64,000 nt of DNA from the NCBI GenBank assembly GCA_964012805.1, contig CAXGUD010000010.1, positions 48,793 through 112,792 on the forward strand. Reading direction: 5' to 3'. Under the pieces are notes generated by a model. That model saw only the letters and a list, made by a program, of their open reading frames with translations. It made no database searches and was not told the origin of the DNA. The stretch is from an uncultured Bacteriovoracaceae bacterium. Lineage in GTDB: Bacteria > Bdellovibrionota > Bacteriovoracia > Bacteriovoracales > Bacteriovoracaceae. A program made the translations under genes and the position numbers. Positions 1 through 10,507 of the stretch are shown here, in pieces (the stretch's first letter is position 1; every line of letters starts with the position of its first letter).

Positions 1-10
1 TCCAATCTGG

Positions 11-991
11 CTATAAAACCTCTTTTGAAGAATCGTATTCGTAAACATAGCTATAAGGCCCACTACAATTATTTGTACAACCACCTATAAGGTAAATTTT
101 CCCATCTACAGTTGCAGCACACTGGCCCATTAAATTTTTAGGCATATTAGTTTTGTAACTCCAAGAATCCGAAGTCGGATCGTAGGCTAAGACGGTGCTT
201 AATGTTGAAGAAGATGATATACCTCCAAATATATACAGAACTCCATTTAAAACTGCCCCAGAGTGTTCTGATAGGCTTATCGGAGGATCAGTTATGAGAT
301 CCCAGGATCTTGAATTAGAATCATAAACCTCCGAGGTCTCTGCACCAGTTACTCCATCTGCAACGTAAATTTTATTATTAATAACTCCGCTAGCAAAAAA
401 TTGCCTAGCTCCTGAAGAGTTATTCCTTACCGCCAATGAGTCTGAAGTATGATGATACTCCTCAAGTCTAGCCGATGCTCCTCCACTTTCACCTCCTATA
501 AGATGAATTTTTCCGTTGGCAGTTTCTGCCCTTAAACCATACCTACCAACAGTCATCCAATTTTTGGAAGACCACGAGTTAGAAGAAATATTATATTCTT
601 CTACAGTTCTACCATCGTTATCATCTATGTTTCCTCCAAAAGCATATATCTTGCCATTCGTTAGTCCGACACCTGGCGCCCCCCTTGATTTTGACATAGA
701 GGCTCCAGCCGTCCAAGTATCTGAAATAGGGTCATAAATCTGAACCGTATTTAAAAAGCCTTCTGAAGACTCCCCTCCAACTACATAGATTTTTTTATCA
801 TGAACAACACAGCCTCCCCTATAAAAAGCTGATGGAATACTTGTTTTCTGAGTCCAAGGTCCATTATTTTTTTTATAGAAATCTCCATTTTTAAGGGAAC
901 TCTCTAAATAAGAATCTCCCCAATCGGCAAGACAACCACCTAAGCAAAATAAAAAAATAATGCCTATGAATAGACTGTTTTTTCTAAACAT
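11..991 (-). CDS. Kelch-repeat beta-propeller protein, probably a lipoprotein or exported protein
   Basis: Six Kelch-like blades with the GG...Y...W pattern (KIYVVGG..IYDPISDTW, KIYAFGG..EYNISSNSW, LYIFGG..AYDPTSDSW, KIYLIGG); hydrophobic N-terminus with LGGC. Confidence 0.88.
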   Translation of the reverse strand: MFRKNSLFIGIIFLFCLGGCLADWGDSYLESSLKNGDFYKKNNGPWTQKTSIPSAFYRGGCVVHDKKIYVVGGESSEGFLNTVQIYDPISDTWTAGASMSKSRGAPGVGLTNGKIYAFGGNIDDNDGRTVEEYNISSNSWSSKNWMTVGRYGLRAETANGKIHLIGGESGGASARLEEYHHTSDSLAVRNNSSGARQFFASGVINNKIYVADGVTGAETSEVYDSNSRSWDLITDPPISLSEHSGAVLNGVLYIFGGISSSSTLSTVLAYDPTSDSWSYKTNMPKNLMGQCAATVDGKIYLIGGCTNNCSGPYSYVYEYDSSKEVL

Positions 992-1037
992 ATAATCTCC
1001 AAAAAAATACTCTCTTGCCTAGAAATAAGCATTTCCT

Positions 1038-1619
1038 TTAAAATTCTAAATTGAATTTTAGTTGATAAATAGGCTTTAGAAAATTCGTAGTTCTAATCAT
1101 TATTGTCCAAGAAGATTTCCCGTCACTTCCTATTAAATAGTCCCACCAATTATCACCACTTTTATCTCCAAATTGATAACCAATATCCAAAAGAGGTGTG
1201 TAAATATGGACTTGAGAGTCGCTAGATTTAAAACCCAAGGACCATCTCTCCAAACCTGCTCCCATTTGAAAACCGTGACCGAAGAAAGGAGTGTAATAAA
1301 TGCCCATAACATTTAAAAAAATTGACCTTACCTCTTGCATAACTGGAGTGCCTGAACTTGAATCCTTATAATAGAACGTGTCCATTGAACCTTCTTTTCC
1401 AAGCATGTACTTACCCTCAAAGTAGTGACCACCAAGATTAACTCCAAATGACCACCCCCAAGTATTCCAGGAAATATCTATTTGATCAGACTTAGAGTGG
1501 ATGTTTGGAATAACCTTACCCAAAGACATTGAAACTTTTTCCACTTGAAAACTAGTCACACAGCTTGAAAATAAAAATACAAAAGTTAACAGTTTAAATA
1601 AAAGCCTCATATAAGACAC
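1038..1619 (-). CDS. Hypothetical exported protein with a lipobox and outer-membrane beta-barrel-like C-terminus
   Basis: Signal peptide with LFSSC; aromatic and Gly-rich alternating strands; ends YQLKFNLEF with terminal Phe. Confidence 0.6.
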   Translation of the reverse strand: MSYMRLLFKLLTFVFLFSSCVTSFQVEKVSMSLGKVIPNIHSKSDQIDISWNTWGWSFGVNLGGHYFEGKYMLGKEGSMDTFYYKDSSSGTPVMQEVRSIFLNVMGIYYTPFFGHGFQMGAGLERWSLGFKSSDSQVHIYTPLLDIGYQFGDKSGDNWWDYLIGSDGKSSWTIMIRTTNFLKPIYQLKFNLEF

Positions 1620-1804
1620 TCTAGAAATAAAATGCTTCCATTAGGTTCCTTAAATTCTTACTTAGAAGATCTTGTTTGTCATATTGCATCTATAAAAACT
1701 CAGAAGATTGTTTCGAAGAGAAAAAGCCAAAGGGCACTTTTTCCACGAGGAAAAAAGTCTTTACCACAGGTCGTTATAATCTTGGGGTTTTAACAGAAAA
1801 GTGA

Positions 1805-1887
1805 TGGTGCCCAGGAGAGGACTTGAACCTCCACGCCGAAGCACTAGATCCTAAGTCTAGCGTGTCTACCAATTTCACCACCTGGGC
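1805..1887 (-). tRNA. tRNA-Leu (TAG)
   Basis: Reverse complement GCCCAGGTGGTGAAATTGGTAGACACG-CTAGA-CT-TAG-GA-TCTAG, long variable arm, GGTTCAAGTCC, ending CCTGGGCACCA with encoded CCA. Confidence 0.97.
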
Positions 1888-1938
1888 ATTAAGAGAGTCT
1901 CTTTTAGCTTACTTTTTCATAAACTGACAAGACTTTTT

Positions 1939-2916
1939 TTAGTTAATAGGGTTATAGCACCTATAATAATGGCTACCAGAAGCATCCGTCCGACTAGGAT
2001 AAGCTGTTTTACACTCATCAGTTGCTTTCCAGCACCTTGGGTGGAAATGACAACCTGCCGGAGGATTCATTGGAGAAGGAATATCACCTTCCAATAAAAT
2101 TCTATCCGTCTTTCTGGATGGGTCGGCTACAGGAATCGCTGAAAAGAGGGCCTTTGTATAGGGATGCCTCGAATCTCCGTAAAGCTCTGAAGCTTCAGCT
2201 AATTCAACCATATTCCCTAAATACATAACAGCAACTTTAGTAGAGATATATTCTACAACCTTAAGGTCGTGAGCAATAAACAAGTAAGTCAACCCGAGAT
2301 CTTTTTGAAGGTCTGTTAAAAGGTTGATAACCTGTGCTTGGACAGAAACATCCAACGCAGAAACTGGCTCATCACATACGATAAAGTCAGGCTCTACAGC
2401 TAATGCTCTAGCTATACAGACACGTTGCCTTTGCCCCCCAGAAAACTCGTGAGGGTATTTATTGAGAGCATCTTTTGGTAGTTGAACCTGATCTAGAAGC
2501 TCATAAAGCCTCTTTTGACGCTCTTTTTTTCCTTCAAAAAGGTTATGGATTCGAAGTGGTTCAGAAAGAATTGAACCGATAGTCATCCTAGGATTCAATG
2601 AAGCATAAGGATCTTGAAAAATAATCTGAATTTTTCTCCTAAGTTCCCTCATTTCCTTAGGGCCATAGTTTAGAATATTTTGACCATTATAAAGGATCTC
2701 TCCAGAAGTAGGCTCAAGAAGGCGAAGAATACAACGACCTAAAGTTGTTTTCCCACAACCTGACTCTCCTACAAGACCAAGAGTCTCTCCCCTTTTAATT
2801 TTAAAGCTAACGTCGTTAACAGCTTTAACTGCTCCAACTTCGCGACCAAAAAGACCACCCTTTATTGGAAAACGCTTTGTAAGATTATTGACCTCTAATA
2901 AATATTCTGAACTCAT
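1939..2916 (-). CDS. oppF: Oligopeptide/dipeptide ABC transporter ATP-binding subunit
   Basis: GESGCGKT Walker A, FSGGQRQR signature, [13 protein letters not shown] plus C-terminal Cys oligopeptide-ABC motif. Confidence 0.95.
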   Translation of the reverse strand: MSSEYLLEVNNLTKRFPIKGGLFGREVGAVKAVNDVSFKIKRGETLGLVGESGCGKTTLGRCILRLLEPTSGEILYNGQNILNYGPKEMRELRRKIQIIFQDPYASLNPRMTIGSILSEPLRIHNLFEGKKERQKRLYELLDQVQLPKDALNKYPHEFSGGQRQRVCIARALAVEPDFIVCDEPVSALDVSVQAQVINLLTDLQKDLGLTYLFIAHDLKVVEYISTKVAVMYLGNMVELAEASELYGDSRHPYTKALFSAIPVADPSRKTDRILLEGDIPSPMNPPAGCHFHPRCWKATDECKTAYPSRTDASGSHYYRCYNPIN

Positions 2917-2934
2917 CTAAATTCCTCTTTTAAA

Positions 2935-3927
2935 TTAATGAGAAGGATTAAAACAACTCACCTTATGGTCTGCCTTATAATTACTAAGAACAGGAACACC
3001 TTTAGCTCCTCTACATTCATCAATCACTCGCGGGCATCGATCTTGAAAACTGCAACCCGAAGGCAATTCAAATAGAGAAGGAACCATGCCCTCAATAGTC
3101 CTAAGACGCGCTTTATGTTCATCTTGAGTTGAATCAAAGGATGGAATTGAGTCCATCAGTCCTATTGTGTAAGGGTGTTTTGGATCTTTAAAAAGCGTCT
3201 GAACATCAGCTCTTTCAACGATTCTGCCACAGTACATAACTGCTACATCATCGCAAGTCTCTGCAACAACTCCCAAGTCATGAGTGATAAAGATAATGCC
3301 CATGCCAAGCTCTTTTTGAAGCTTATTCATTAAATCAAGAATTTGGGCCTGGATTGTTACATCAAGGGCAGTCGTTGGTTCATCAGCAATTAAAATATCG
3401 GGCTCACAAGCAAGAGCAATTGCGATCATTACCCTTTGCCTCATCCCACCTGAAAGTTGATGAGGATACTCTTGAAACCTCTGCTCTGGCGAAGGGATCC
3501 CAACAAGCCTAAGCATATCAACTGCTTTGTCTGCCATTTCTGCTTTAGAAAGGTGAGACTGGTGAAGCTCTAAAACTTCGATAATCTGATTTCCCACAGT
3601 AAAAACAGGGTTGAGAGACGTCATAGGCTCCTGAAAAATCATAGCGATTTTATTTCCCCTAATATGCCTCATATCATCAACAGACTTATCAAGAAGATTT
3701 TCACCTCTATAAAGAATTTCACCACCACTGACGTTACCAGTTGGCTTTTGAATAAGACCCATGACAGATAAAGCCGTCACAGACTTCCCAGAACCAGACT
3801 CTCCAACTATTCCAAGAGTTTTTCCTTTATAAACCTCAAGGTTAACTCCATTAACAGCGGTAATTTTTCCTCTATCTGTTCTAAAATCAACTACTAAATC
3901 TTTAACTTCTAAAATTAACTCGGACAT
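2935..3927 (-). CDS. oppD: Oligopeptide/dipeptide ABC transporter ATP-binding subunit
   Basis: [38 protein letters not shown]. Confidence 0.95.
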   Translation of the reverse strand: MSELILEVKDLVVDFRTDRGKITAVNGVNLEVYKGKTLGIVGESGSGKSVTALSVMGLIQKPTGNVSGGEILYRGENLLDKSVDDMRHIRGNKIAMIFQEPMTSLNPVFTVGNQIIEVLELHQSHLSKAEMADKAVDMLRLVGIPSPEQRFQEYPHQLSGGMRQRVMIAIALACEPDILIADEPTTALDVTIQAQILDLMNKLQKELGMGIIFITHDLGVVAETCDDVAVMYCGRIVERADVQTLFKDPKHPYTIGLMDSIPSFDSTQDEHKARLRTIEGMVPSLFELPSGCSFQDRCPRVIDECRGAKGVPVLSNYKADHKVSCFNPSH

Positions 3928-3954
3928 ACGAACCCTTTAGGTTTTAATCGTTAT

Positions 3955-4896
3955 TTATTTTCCTTTAAGTTTTGGATCCAGAGCATCCCTTAAAGCGTCT
4001 CCTAAAATATTAAAGGCCAAAACAATGACAAACATTGCAGCCGTTGCAGCTAATAATTGCCACCAAACACCTCTTGCCAGCTCTAGCTTGGCATCATCAA
4101 TCATAATTCCCCAGCTAGGCCTATCCTGAACTCCAAGACCAAGATAAGACAAAATAACCTCACTCTTAATGGCCGTTTGGAAGGTCAAAGAAAAGTTAAT
4201 AATCACGAGGTGAAAAACATTCGGTAAAATATGAAGGAAAAGTCTTCTCGAATGACTAGCACCTACGGAGTAAGCAGCATGAACATACTCTCTATTCTTA
4301 TGCCTAATAACATCCGCTCTAATTAAACGGCAGAGGGAAACCCAACTTGTTAAGCCAAGTGCCAAAAAAACTGCGATAATCCCTTTCCCTAATATAAAGG
4401 TGATCGCCATTAAAAGCATGATTCCAGGAATTGAAGAAAAGGTTGTATAAAACCAAACAATTATTTCATCGACTTTTCCACCAAAGTACCCAGCAATGGC
4501 ACCTAAAATTACCCCAATAACCATTGTAACGAGCCCTGTCGCAAACCCAACGAGCATCGCGACCTCAGTCCCTTTAATCATCTTGTAAAAAACACTCCTT
4601 CCAAGAATGTCCGTTCCAAAGAGATGCTCAATAGAAAAGGAGGCTGCCTGACCACTCATCCACTTTACCCAAAAGGGCGAATCATAGGCGGGACCAATCT
4701 CTTTCGCCCATTCGCCACCGATCAAACCAGTGAAGGATAGAAAAGCAATCAGTATATAAAGGACAACAATGGACAAAGAAGCCATTGCCATCCTATTTTT
4801 TTTCAAAGAATCAAATGCATGGGCCCAAAGAGATTTTGACTTTTTCTCTTTCTCTTTCGGCTTCGAGTTCATTGTAATCGTAATTGTATCTTCCAT
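3955..4896 (-). CDS. oppC: Oligopeptide ABC transporter permease
   Basis: HLFGTDILGR, EAA-like loop EYVHAAYSVGAS, C-terminal GDALRDALDPK. Confidence 0.93.
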   Translation of the reverse strand: MEDTITITMNSKPKEKEKKSKSLWAHAFDSLKKNRMAMASLSIVVLYILIAFLSFTGLIGGEWAKEIGPAYDSPFWVKWMSGQAASFSIEHLFGTDILGRSVFYKMIKGTEVAMLVGFATGLVTMVIGVILGAIAGYFGGKVDEIIVWFYTTFSSIPGIMLLMAITFILGKGIIAVFLALGLTSWVSLCRLIRADVIRHKNREYVHAAYSVGASHSRRLFLHILPNVFHLVIINFSLTFQTAIKSEVILSYLGLGVQDRPSWGIMIDDAKLELARGVWWQLLAATAAMFVIVLAFNILGDALRDALDPKLKGK

Positions 4897-4920
4897 ATTT
4901 TAACCAATCTCTCTCAACTT

Positions 4921-5862
4921 TTATGACAAGCGCACTCTTGGATCAACGACCGTATAAAGCACATCAGTGATTACACTAAAAACAATGTAGGCAATAGCAC
5001 TTAAAATAGTCATGGCCTTAATCACGGGAAAGTCAGACGAGTTTATTGCACTCAAAGTCATCCCACCCAAACCTGGAATACTAAAGAAAGCCTCTAAAAG
5101 AAGCGCTCCCAAAATCAAAAAAGGTATCTGGATAACAATCTGAGTGATAATGGGAATCATAGCGTTTTTCAGTACATGCTTAAAAAGGATAACTCTTTCT
5201 CCAACACCCTTAGCTCTCGCTGTCCTGACATAGTCTTGGTAAATCTCATCCAGAATGACGGTTCTATAGAACCTTACATCTCCCCCCAAAGAGAGTATCA
5301 ACCAAATAATTAGGGGAAGCATAATGTATTCTATAAAATCGGGAAACCCACTCTCAAAACCTGCAATTGGAAACATCCCCCACTTATAAGCTAGAAGCCA
5401 TTGGAAGAAGAGGATGTACGCAAGAGAAGAAATACTCATTAAAGCAACACAAAGAAAAACACCCGCTTTATCGATAAACTTTCCTCTAAAATAAGCTACA
5501 AGAAGAGAGATCGATAAAGCTACAGTTGATGCAATAACAAAGCTTGGTAGAGAGATCGTCAAAGAAGGGACCGCTCCCTGCTTTATCATGTAAAAGATCT
5601 CTTGCTTAGTAGACCAAGAACGGCCGAAATCAAAAGTAAAAGCGGATTTTACAATATCTAAATACTGTAAAATCCATGGTCTATCTAAACCTAGCTCTCG
5701 CCTCAGTTCAACAATTTGACTCGCAGTCGCGTGCTTCCCCAGTAAGAGAAGCGCGGGATCCGGAGAAAAAACATTAAATAGAATAAAGATGATGAAGCAG
5801 ACCCCTAGAATCACAGGGATCACGTACAACAATCTTCTTAAAACATATGCCCAAAGGTTCAC
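4921..5862 (-). CDS. oppB: Oligopeptide ABC transporter permease
   Basis: ELGLDRP, DYVRTARAKG, HVLKNAMIP, C-terminal DPRVR. Confidence 0.93.
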   Translation of the reverse strand: MNLWAYVLRRLLYVIPVILGVCFIIFILFNVFSPDPALLLLGKHATASQIVELRRELGLDRPWILQYLDIVKSAFTFDFGRSWSTKQEIFYMIKQGAVPSLTISLPSFVIASTVALSISLLVAYFRGKFIDKAGVFLCVALMSISSLAYILFFQWLLAYKWGMFPIAGFESGFPDFIEYIMLPLIIWLILSLGGDVRFYRTVILDEIYQDYVRTARAKGVGERVILFKHVLKNAMIPIITQIVIQIPFLILGALLLEAFFSIPGLGGMTLSAINSSDFPVIKAMTILSAIAYIVFSVITDVLYTVVDPRVRLS

Positions 5863-5874
5863 TTTCTTCTTCCT

Positions 5875-7650
5875 TTAAAGCTTTTCCAGCCCTTTAACTT
5901 TTTCTTGAAGGTTCACATCCCAATACTGAACATGACCATGATTAAAATCTGAAGGCACATAGTTTTTAATCCATGAATGCTTCACGACATAACTTTGTCT
6001 ATGTACACCATAAATCCAAGGAACTTCTTCAGCAGCCATCTTGTACATAGTTTCATACATAGAGGTTCTCTTTGGTGAGTCCTGAAGAATAGAAGCAACT
6101 TTAAACAACTTATCAAATTCAGGGTTGCTGTAACCAGAACCGTTTGCACCTGGAGACCTGTTAGGTCCAAAAAGAAGTTGTAAAAAGTTTTCAGCATCTG
6201 GGTAGTCCGCACCCCAAGCGATTCCATAAAGCATCACTTGTCTCTTGGTAATTTTCTCTTGGAACTTTGGCCATGTGCTTGTTTGTAATTTTATTTTAAG
6301 GCCAATTTTTGCCATTTGCTTTTGGAAAAATTGTGCTTGCTGACGACTTACCGTGCTTGAAAGACTATCGTAAGTGATTTCAGGTAAGCCCTTTCCTTCA
6401 GGGTAACCAGCTTTTGCAAGCTCTTCTTTTGCCTTTTCAACATTTTGACCAATATAAGGGTTCTTATAGTCCTTAATATAGCCTGCAATTCCTGGAGGAA
6501 TCACCGAGTGAGCTGGCAGCGCCGTATTGTTGTAAAAGAGCTTATTAGATTCTTGTACATTGTAAGCCAAAGACATAGCTCTTCTTAAATGAACATTTTT
6601 AAGAAGTTCATTATCATGATTGAAGGCAACATAAGTGACATCCAAAGAAGGAGAAATCATAAGGCCAATACCTTTTTTGGCCATATCATCAACTAAACCT
6701 TGAGACGGGGTAATAACAGAATCGAAGTTGTCTTTAGGTATACTCAAAAAGTCGATTCCACCTTTTAAGAATTTCAACCAACGAGGCTGAGGCTCGCTCA
6801 TAATGTGAACAGTCACTTTATCTATGATAGGAAGAGTCTTTCCTGCGTATTTCTCAATACCTTTTCCCTTAAACTCTGCGCTAACTTCGCTTGGAAATAG
6901 TTTTTTTCTAAACTTTGGGTTCCTCTTATAAACAATCTTTTTTGTTTGATTAAATTGAGGAAGAATAAAAGGACCTGTACCAACTGGGTGGTTAAGGAAC
7001 TCTTTTTTGTAATGCTTAACAACTTCTTCAGGCACAACAAAAGTAAAAGGCATTGCGAGAGCATAAAGGAACTGAGGAAAACTCTTGGATAGCTTAAACT
7101 TCAAAGTATACTTATCGATAGCTTGAAGACCTTCGATTTTTTCAGAGTAGTCTACTTCCTTCTTATCAGTATACTTTTTTCTCCACTCATTAAGACCTGC
7201 AATTTTACCGTCTAAAAGCCACCAGCCCAAAGACTGTAACTTAGGATCAGCTAGCCTCTTAATAGAATAGACAAAATCCTTGGCTTCGAGCTCTCTTCCT
7301 TTGCCTTCAGAAAAAGCCTTATCATCATGGAAGAAAATACCTTTTTTAATTTTAAAGGTATAAGTTAACCCATCTTCTGATACGCTTGGAAGCTTCTCAG
7401 CAAGATTAGGAACTAGTGTGTAAGGTCTTCTAAATGGGTGATACTCTAAAAGCCCTTCATAAACTCTAGCAATTTCACCACTAGAATAGGCATCGTTTGC
7501 GTAAATTGGATCCATTCCTTTTACGTCAGCACCTATAACTAAGTTTAGGGCCCTTTCATTAAGATCAACTTTCTTTTTAAAACAACCTGTAGAACTTAAC
7601 AAAACTCCTAAAAGCACAAGCCAAGTTCTTATTCCATTTGATAATTTCAT
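5875..7650 (-). CDS. oppA: Oligopeptide ABC transporter substrate-binding lipoprotein (family 5 SBP)
   Basis: Lipobox STGC; YEGL, PNLA..DGLTYTFKIK, PVGTGPF, WGADYPD; first gene of the opp cluster. Confidence 0.93.
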   Translation of the reverse strand: MKLSNGIRTWLVLLGVLLSSTGCFKKKVDLNERALNLVIGADVKGMDPIYANDAYSSGEIARVYEGLLEYHPFRRPYTLVPNLAEKLPSVSEDGLTYTFKIKKGIFFHDDKAFSEGKGRELEAKDFVYSIKRLADPKLQSLGWWLLDGKIAGLNEWRKKYTDKKEVDYSEKIEGLQAIDKYTLKFKLSKSFPQFLYALAMPFTFVVPEEVVKHYKKEFLNHPVGTGPFILPQFNQTKKIVYKRNPKFRKKLFPSEVSAEFKGKGIEKYAGKTLPIIDKVTVHIMSEPQPRWLKFLKGGIDFLSIPKDNFDSVITPSQGLVDDMAKKGIGLMISPSLDVTYVAFNHDNELLKNVHLRRAMSLAYNVQESNKLFYNNTALPAHSVIPPGIAGYIKDYKNPYIGQNVEKAKEELAKAGYPEGKGLPEITYDSLSSTVSRQQAQFFQKQMAKIGLKIKLQTSTWPKFQEKITKRQVMLYGIAWGADYPDAENFLQLLFGPNRSPGANGSGYSNPEFDKLFKVASILQDSPKRTSMYETMYKMAAEEVPWIYGVHRQSYVVKHSWIKNYVPSDFNHGHVQYWDVNLQEKVKGLEKL

Positions 7651-7805
7651 AAGTCAGTTCTCCACTTTAAGTACATTAATTGTCTTACTTGGATTCACGG
7701 CGATAAGCCAACATCACGCATGTATACAAAAGAAATTATCATTTTGCCAATTTTGAGTGAAAAAACCGTTGGCGAATAAGACACAGCGAGGCATAAAAAA
7801 ATCAG

Positions 7806-8531
7806 TTAATATGCGCATGAAGTCATATACTTCTCGATTGTTAAAGGTCTCTCACCTTGACTATACGTATAAAATGAAAGTGTCCATTTTGAAAAAAACT
7901 TTTCCTTCTCTCTATCAAAAGTTAACTTCAAACCCCCTTTACGACTTAAAAAGCTAAAATAAAAAGAGAAGTGATTAATAGATGTTTCCCAACTAAAAGA
8001 GTGACTCAGAGGTTCATAAACACACTCGCCTTCTACCAATCCATTTCCCCGGGACAACTCAGTGCACCTAACAAAGGTATCAAAATACTTTGCTTCCTTA
8101 AATGAATTGAGAAGGAAGAGAAATTCTCCTAACTTCTTCATATAAGGAGAAAAAAAACTCCTGAAGTCCTTTTCCTCTCCCTTTTGACTTTCCTTTTTAA
8201 TTCGATCAAACAAAGAACCTTTGTAATTTATTTGCTCTTTAAGGGCTTCCTTGTAAAAAATTGAAAGTCCTTCCTCACCATGAAAAGGAAAATGATAAGA
8301 AACATCCAGTCTTTTTGTATTAAGATCTAAAAGAGATTCAAAAGAAAAAGTTTGCCTCTCACCCTTTGTGTAAAACCGTCCTCTTCCTTCGCCAGATAAA
8401 CAAACCTTACTCAGACCGCTTTTTAATAAGTCAAAAGACTTATCTTCCAGATTTCTTCTTTTAAATGTTTTAGTGGAGCAACCTGAAATGAGTAGGAAAA
8501 GGAAAACAGAAAAATATACTTTGATAATCAA
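7806..8531 (-). CDS. Hypothetical lipoprotein, candidate LolB-like from position only
   Basis: Lipobox LISGC; beta-rich sequence; 22 bp downstream of the TPR lipoprotein gene. Confidence 0.6.
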   Translation of the reverse strand: MIIKVYFSVFLFLLISGCSTKTFKRRNLEDKSFDLLKSGLSKVCLSGEGRGRFYTKGERQTFSFESLLDLNTKRLDVSYHFPFHGEEGLSIFYKEALKEQINYKGSLFDRIKKESQKGEEKDFRSFFSPYMKKLGEFLFLLNSFKEAKYFDTFVRCTELSRGNGLVEGECVYEPLSHSFSWETSINHFSFYFSFLSRKGGLKLTFDREKEKFFSKWTLSFYTYSQGERPLTIEKYMTSCAY

Positions 8532-8553
8532 GAAGCTTTCCTATGGATGATCA

Positions 8554-10428
8554 TTAATTTGAAGCTGGAATTCTTTTGGGCCCCACCACATTTCTTCTAT
8601 CCTGCAAGTTTTTTATCAAACCTGCAACCTCTCTTCTCTCTTCATCAGTCTTGCTCGCTTTCATGGCTTCACGATAAAACTTTAGGGCCAAAGCATAATT
8701 TCTTTTCTTTAAATAAATAGTAGCTAAATGCTTAGCAATAACAAAATCTGATTTTACAAGATCCCAAGCCTTTTTGATTTCTTTCAATGCTTTATTTATT
8801 TTTCCTGTTTTGTAGTAAAACCAACCTAAAGAATCTCTGATATAGCCATCGTTTGGCCTTAAACGAACAGCCTTTTTAATATAAATAAAAGCTTGTGGTA
8901 AATTCTCATTTTTTTCTAACATTGAGTAACCCAGAAAATTTAAGGCATGAGGATTTTCTGGATTTTTATCTAGTATCATTTCAATAATTTCTCTCGCCTT
9001 CTTATAATTTTTATTTTTTTCATAGAGGGAAGCCAAATAATATTCATGATTTTCACCAAAACCTTCTTCACTCTTAAGAGAAGACAAAGCCTCTATTGCC
9101 TTTTTATAGTCCCTGATTGTTTCATAAAAGCTCGCTATTATTGAACCAAGTTCCAATTTCAAAAATTGGAACTCTTTTGACTTGTCTCGAGTATAGAGTA
9201 TGAACTTTTTTACAATTTCATGATCTATATCCTTTTGCCCAAAATGAACTGCTTTCTCCATCAATATGTTAGAAATTTGAACAATTGATTCTTTGAAATA
9301 GATGTTGTTTTTTTTGATCTTTTCAAAATAGGATATGGCCTTATCATAATCTTTTGTTTTCTTATGCAGAACACCCAAATAAAACAAAACTTTTGCTGAA
9401 CTTGGAACTTCCTGAAGAAGCTCTCTAAAGATGCTTTTTGATTCATCATATCTTTTTACATCTATGTAAAATAAACCTAGCCTAAGTTTTAAATTAAGAT
9501 CTGTTGGATCTATTCTAGTCAAAGTCTCAACATAAGGTATTGCTTCTTTTTTATTGTTTAACTTTAAAAGAACATTAACAATCTTCCTCAGAACGGGATA
9601 GGCAGCTGGGTCACGCTCTAGATATTTCTTATAAGCTAAATAGGCTTCTTTTGACTTCTTATCAGTCTCTAAAACTTTTCCCAATTCTATAACAGCAGGA
9701 TAGTATCTAGGGTTTAGTTTTAATGACCTCTTGAAAAGTTTTTTTGCCTTTTTCGAATGTCCCTCCTGAAGAGCAATCTTTCCCTCATAATAAAGGAATA
9801 GATCCTTTCGGTCCGTTTTATTCCCGCATCTTTTCAAAGTGACTTTAGCTTCTCTGAGTTTTTTGGAAATTTGATATGATTTCACGAGAAAAATACAGGC
9901 TTCGACCATCTTTTCTCCACCATCACTTATTATCTCCTTATAGACCTTTTCTGACTTTTTAGCTTCACCAATAGAGCTATATATTCCTCCTAAAATAAGG
10001 CCAATATTTGAATAATTTCCATGGGATTTGTAAAGCTTCTCTAACTCCTCTTTAGCTTCTCCGTATCTACCAACTTTAATCAATTCAATGGCAAACCTTT
10101 TTTTTAAATAGGGCTCATTAGGAGTAAGTTTTAACAGGGCATTAAAGTACAATATTGAAGTTTTATAATCTGACCTAAAAGAAGCATCTGATGCTTTAAG
10201 AAAAAGTTCACCTGAAAGAAGTTTAACTTTTTCTTTTCCTTCTTTTTTTGCCTCTGCAACCCTCATATCCAAAGCTGCCACCAAGTCTAACTCTGATTGA
10301 GTCTTTTTTACTGAACTCTTTGACACTTCTGCTTTAGTTGAAGCAGATTTCTTTTGTTTCTGCATAGACTTCTGTGGAGTCGAGCAGGAGGCGAGAACCA
10401 AAAGAAGAAAGAGGGCTATATTTTTCAT
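8554..10428 (-). CDS. TPR-repeat lipoprotein (LbcA/PA4667-like)
   Basis: Lipobox LASC; many TPRs; C-terminal ALNFLGYSM..A..YIKKAV.L.P.DGYIRDSLGWFYYK typical of this family. Confidence 0.85.
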   Translation of the reverse strand: MKNIALFLLLVLASCSTPQKSMQKQKKSASTKAEVSKSSVKKTQSELDLVAALDMRVAEAKKEGKEKVKLLSGELFLKASDASFRSDYKTSILYFNALLKLTPNEPYLKKRFAIELIKVGRYGEAKEELEKLYKSHGNYSNIGLILGGIYSSIGEAKKSEKVYKEIISDGGEKMVEACIFLVKSYQISKKLREAKVTLKRCGNKTDRKDLFLYYEGKIALQEGHSKKAKKLFKRSLKLNPRYYPAVIELGKVLETDKKSKEAYLAYKKYLERDPAAYPVLRKIVNVLLKLNNKKEAIPYVETLTRIDPTDLNLKLRLGLFYIDVKRYDESKSIFRELLQEVPSSAKVLFYLGVLHKKTKDYDKAISYFEKIKKNNIYFKESIVQISNILMEKAVHFGQKDIDHEIVKKFILYTRDKSKEFQFLKLELGSIIASFYETIRDYKKAIEALSSLKSEEGFGENHEYYLASLYEKNKNYKKAREIIEMILDKNPENPHALNFLGYSMLEKNENLPQAFIYIKKAVRLRPNDGYIRDSLGWFYYKTGKINKALKEIKKAWDLVKSDFVIAKHLATIYLKKRNYALALKFYREAMKASKTDEERREVAGLIKNLQDRRNVVGPKRIPASN

Positions 10429-10480
10429 AAATTAGGGCCCAAAAGTCCTGGGAGACCTATTTTTCCCAGGCTGCTCTCTT

Positions 10481-10507
10481 TTATCGGTCAAAACCTATTT
10501 TTTTTTA
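10481..10507 (-). promoter_or_regulatory. Putative sigma-28 (FliA) promoter for the TPR lipoprotein operon
   Basis: Minus strand TAAA-N15-ACCGATAA versus consensus TAAA-N15-GCCGATAA, about 50 nt upstream of the ATG. Confidence 0.6.
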
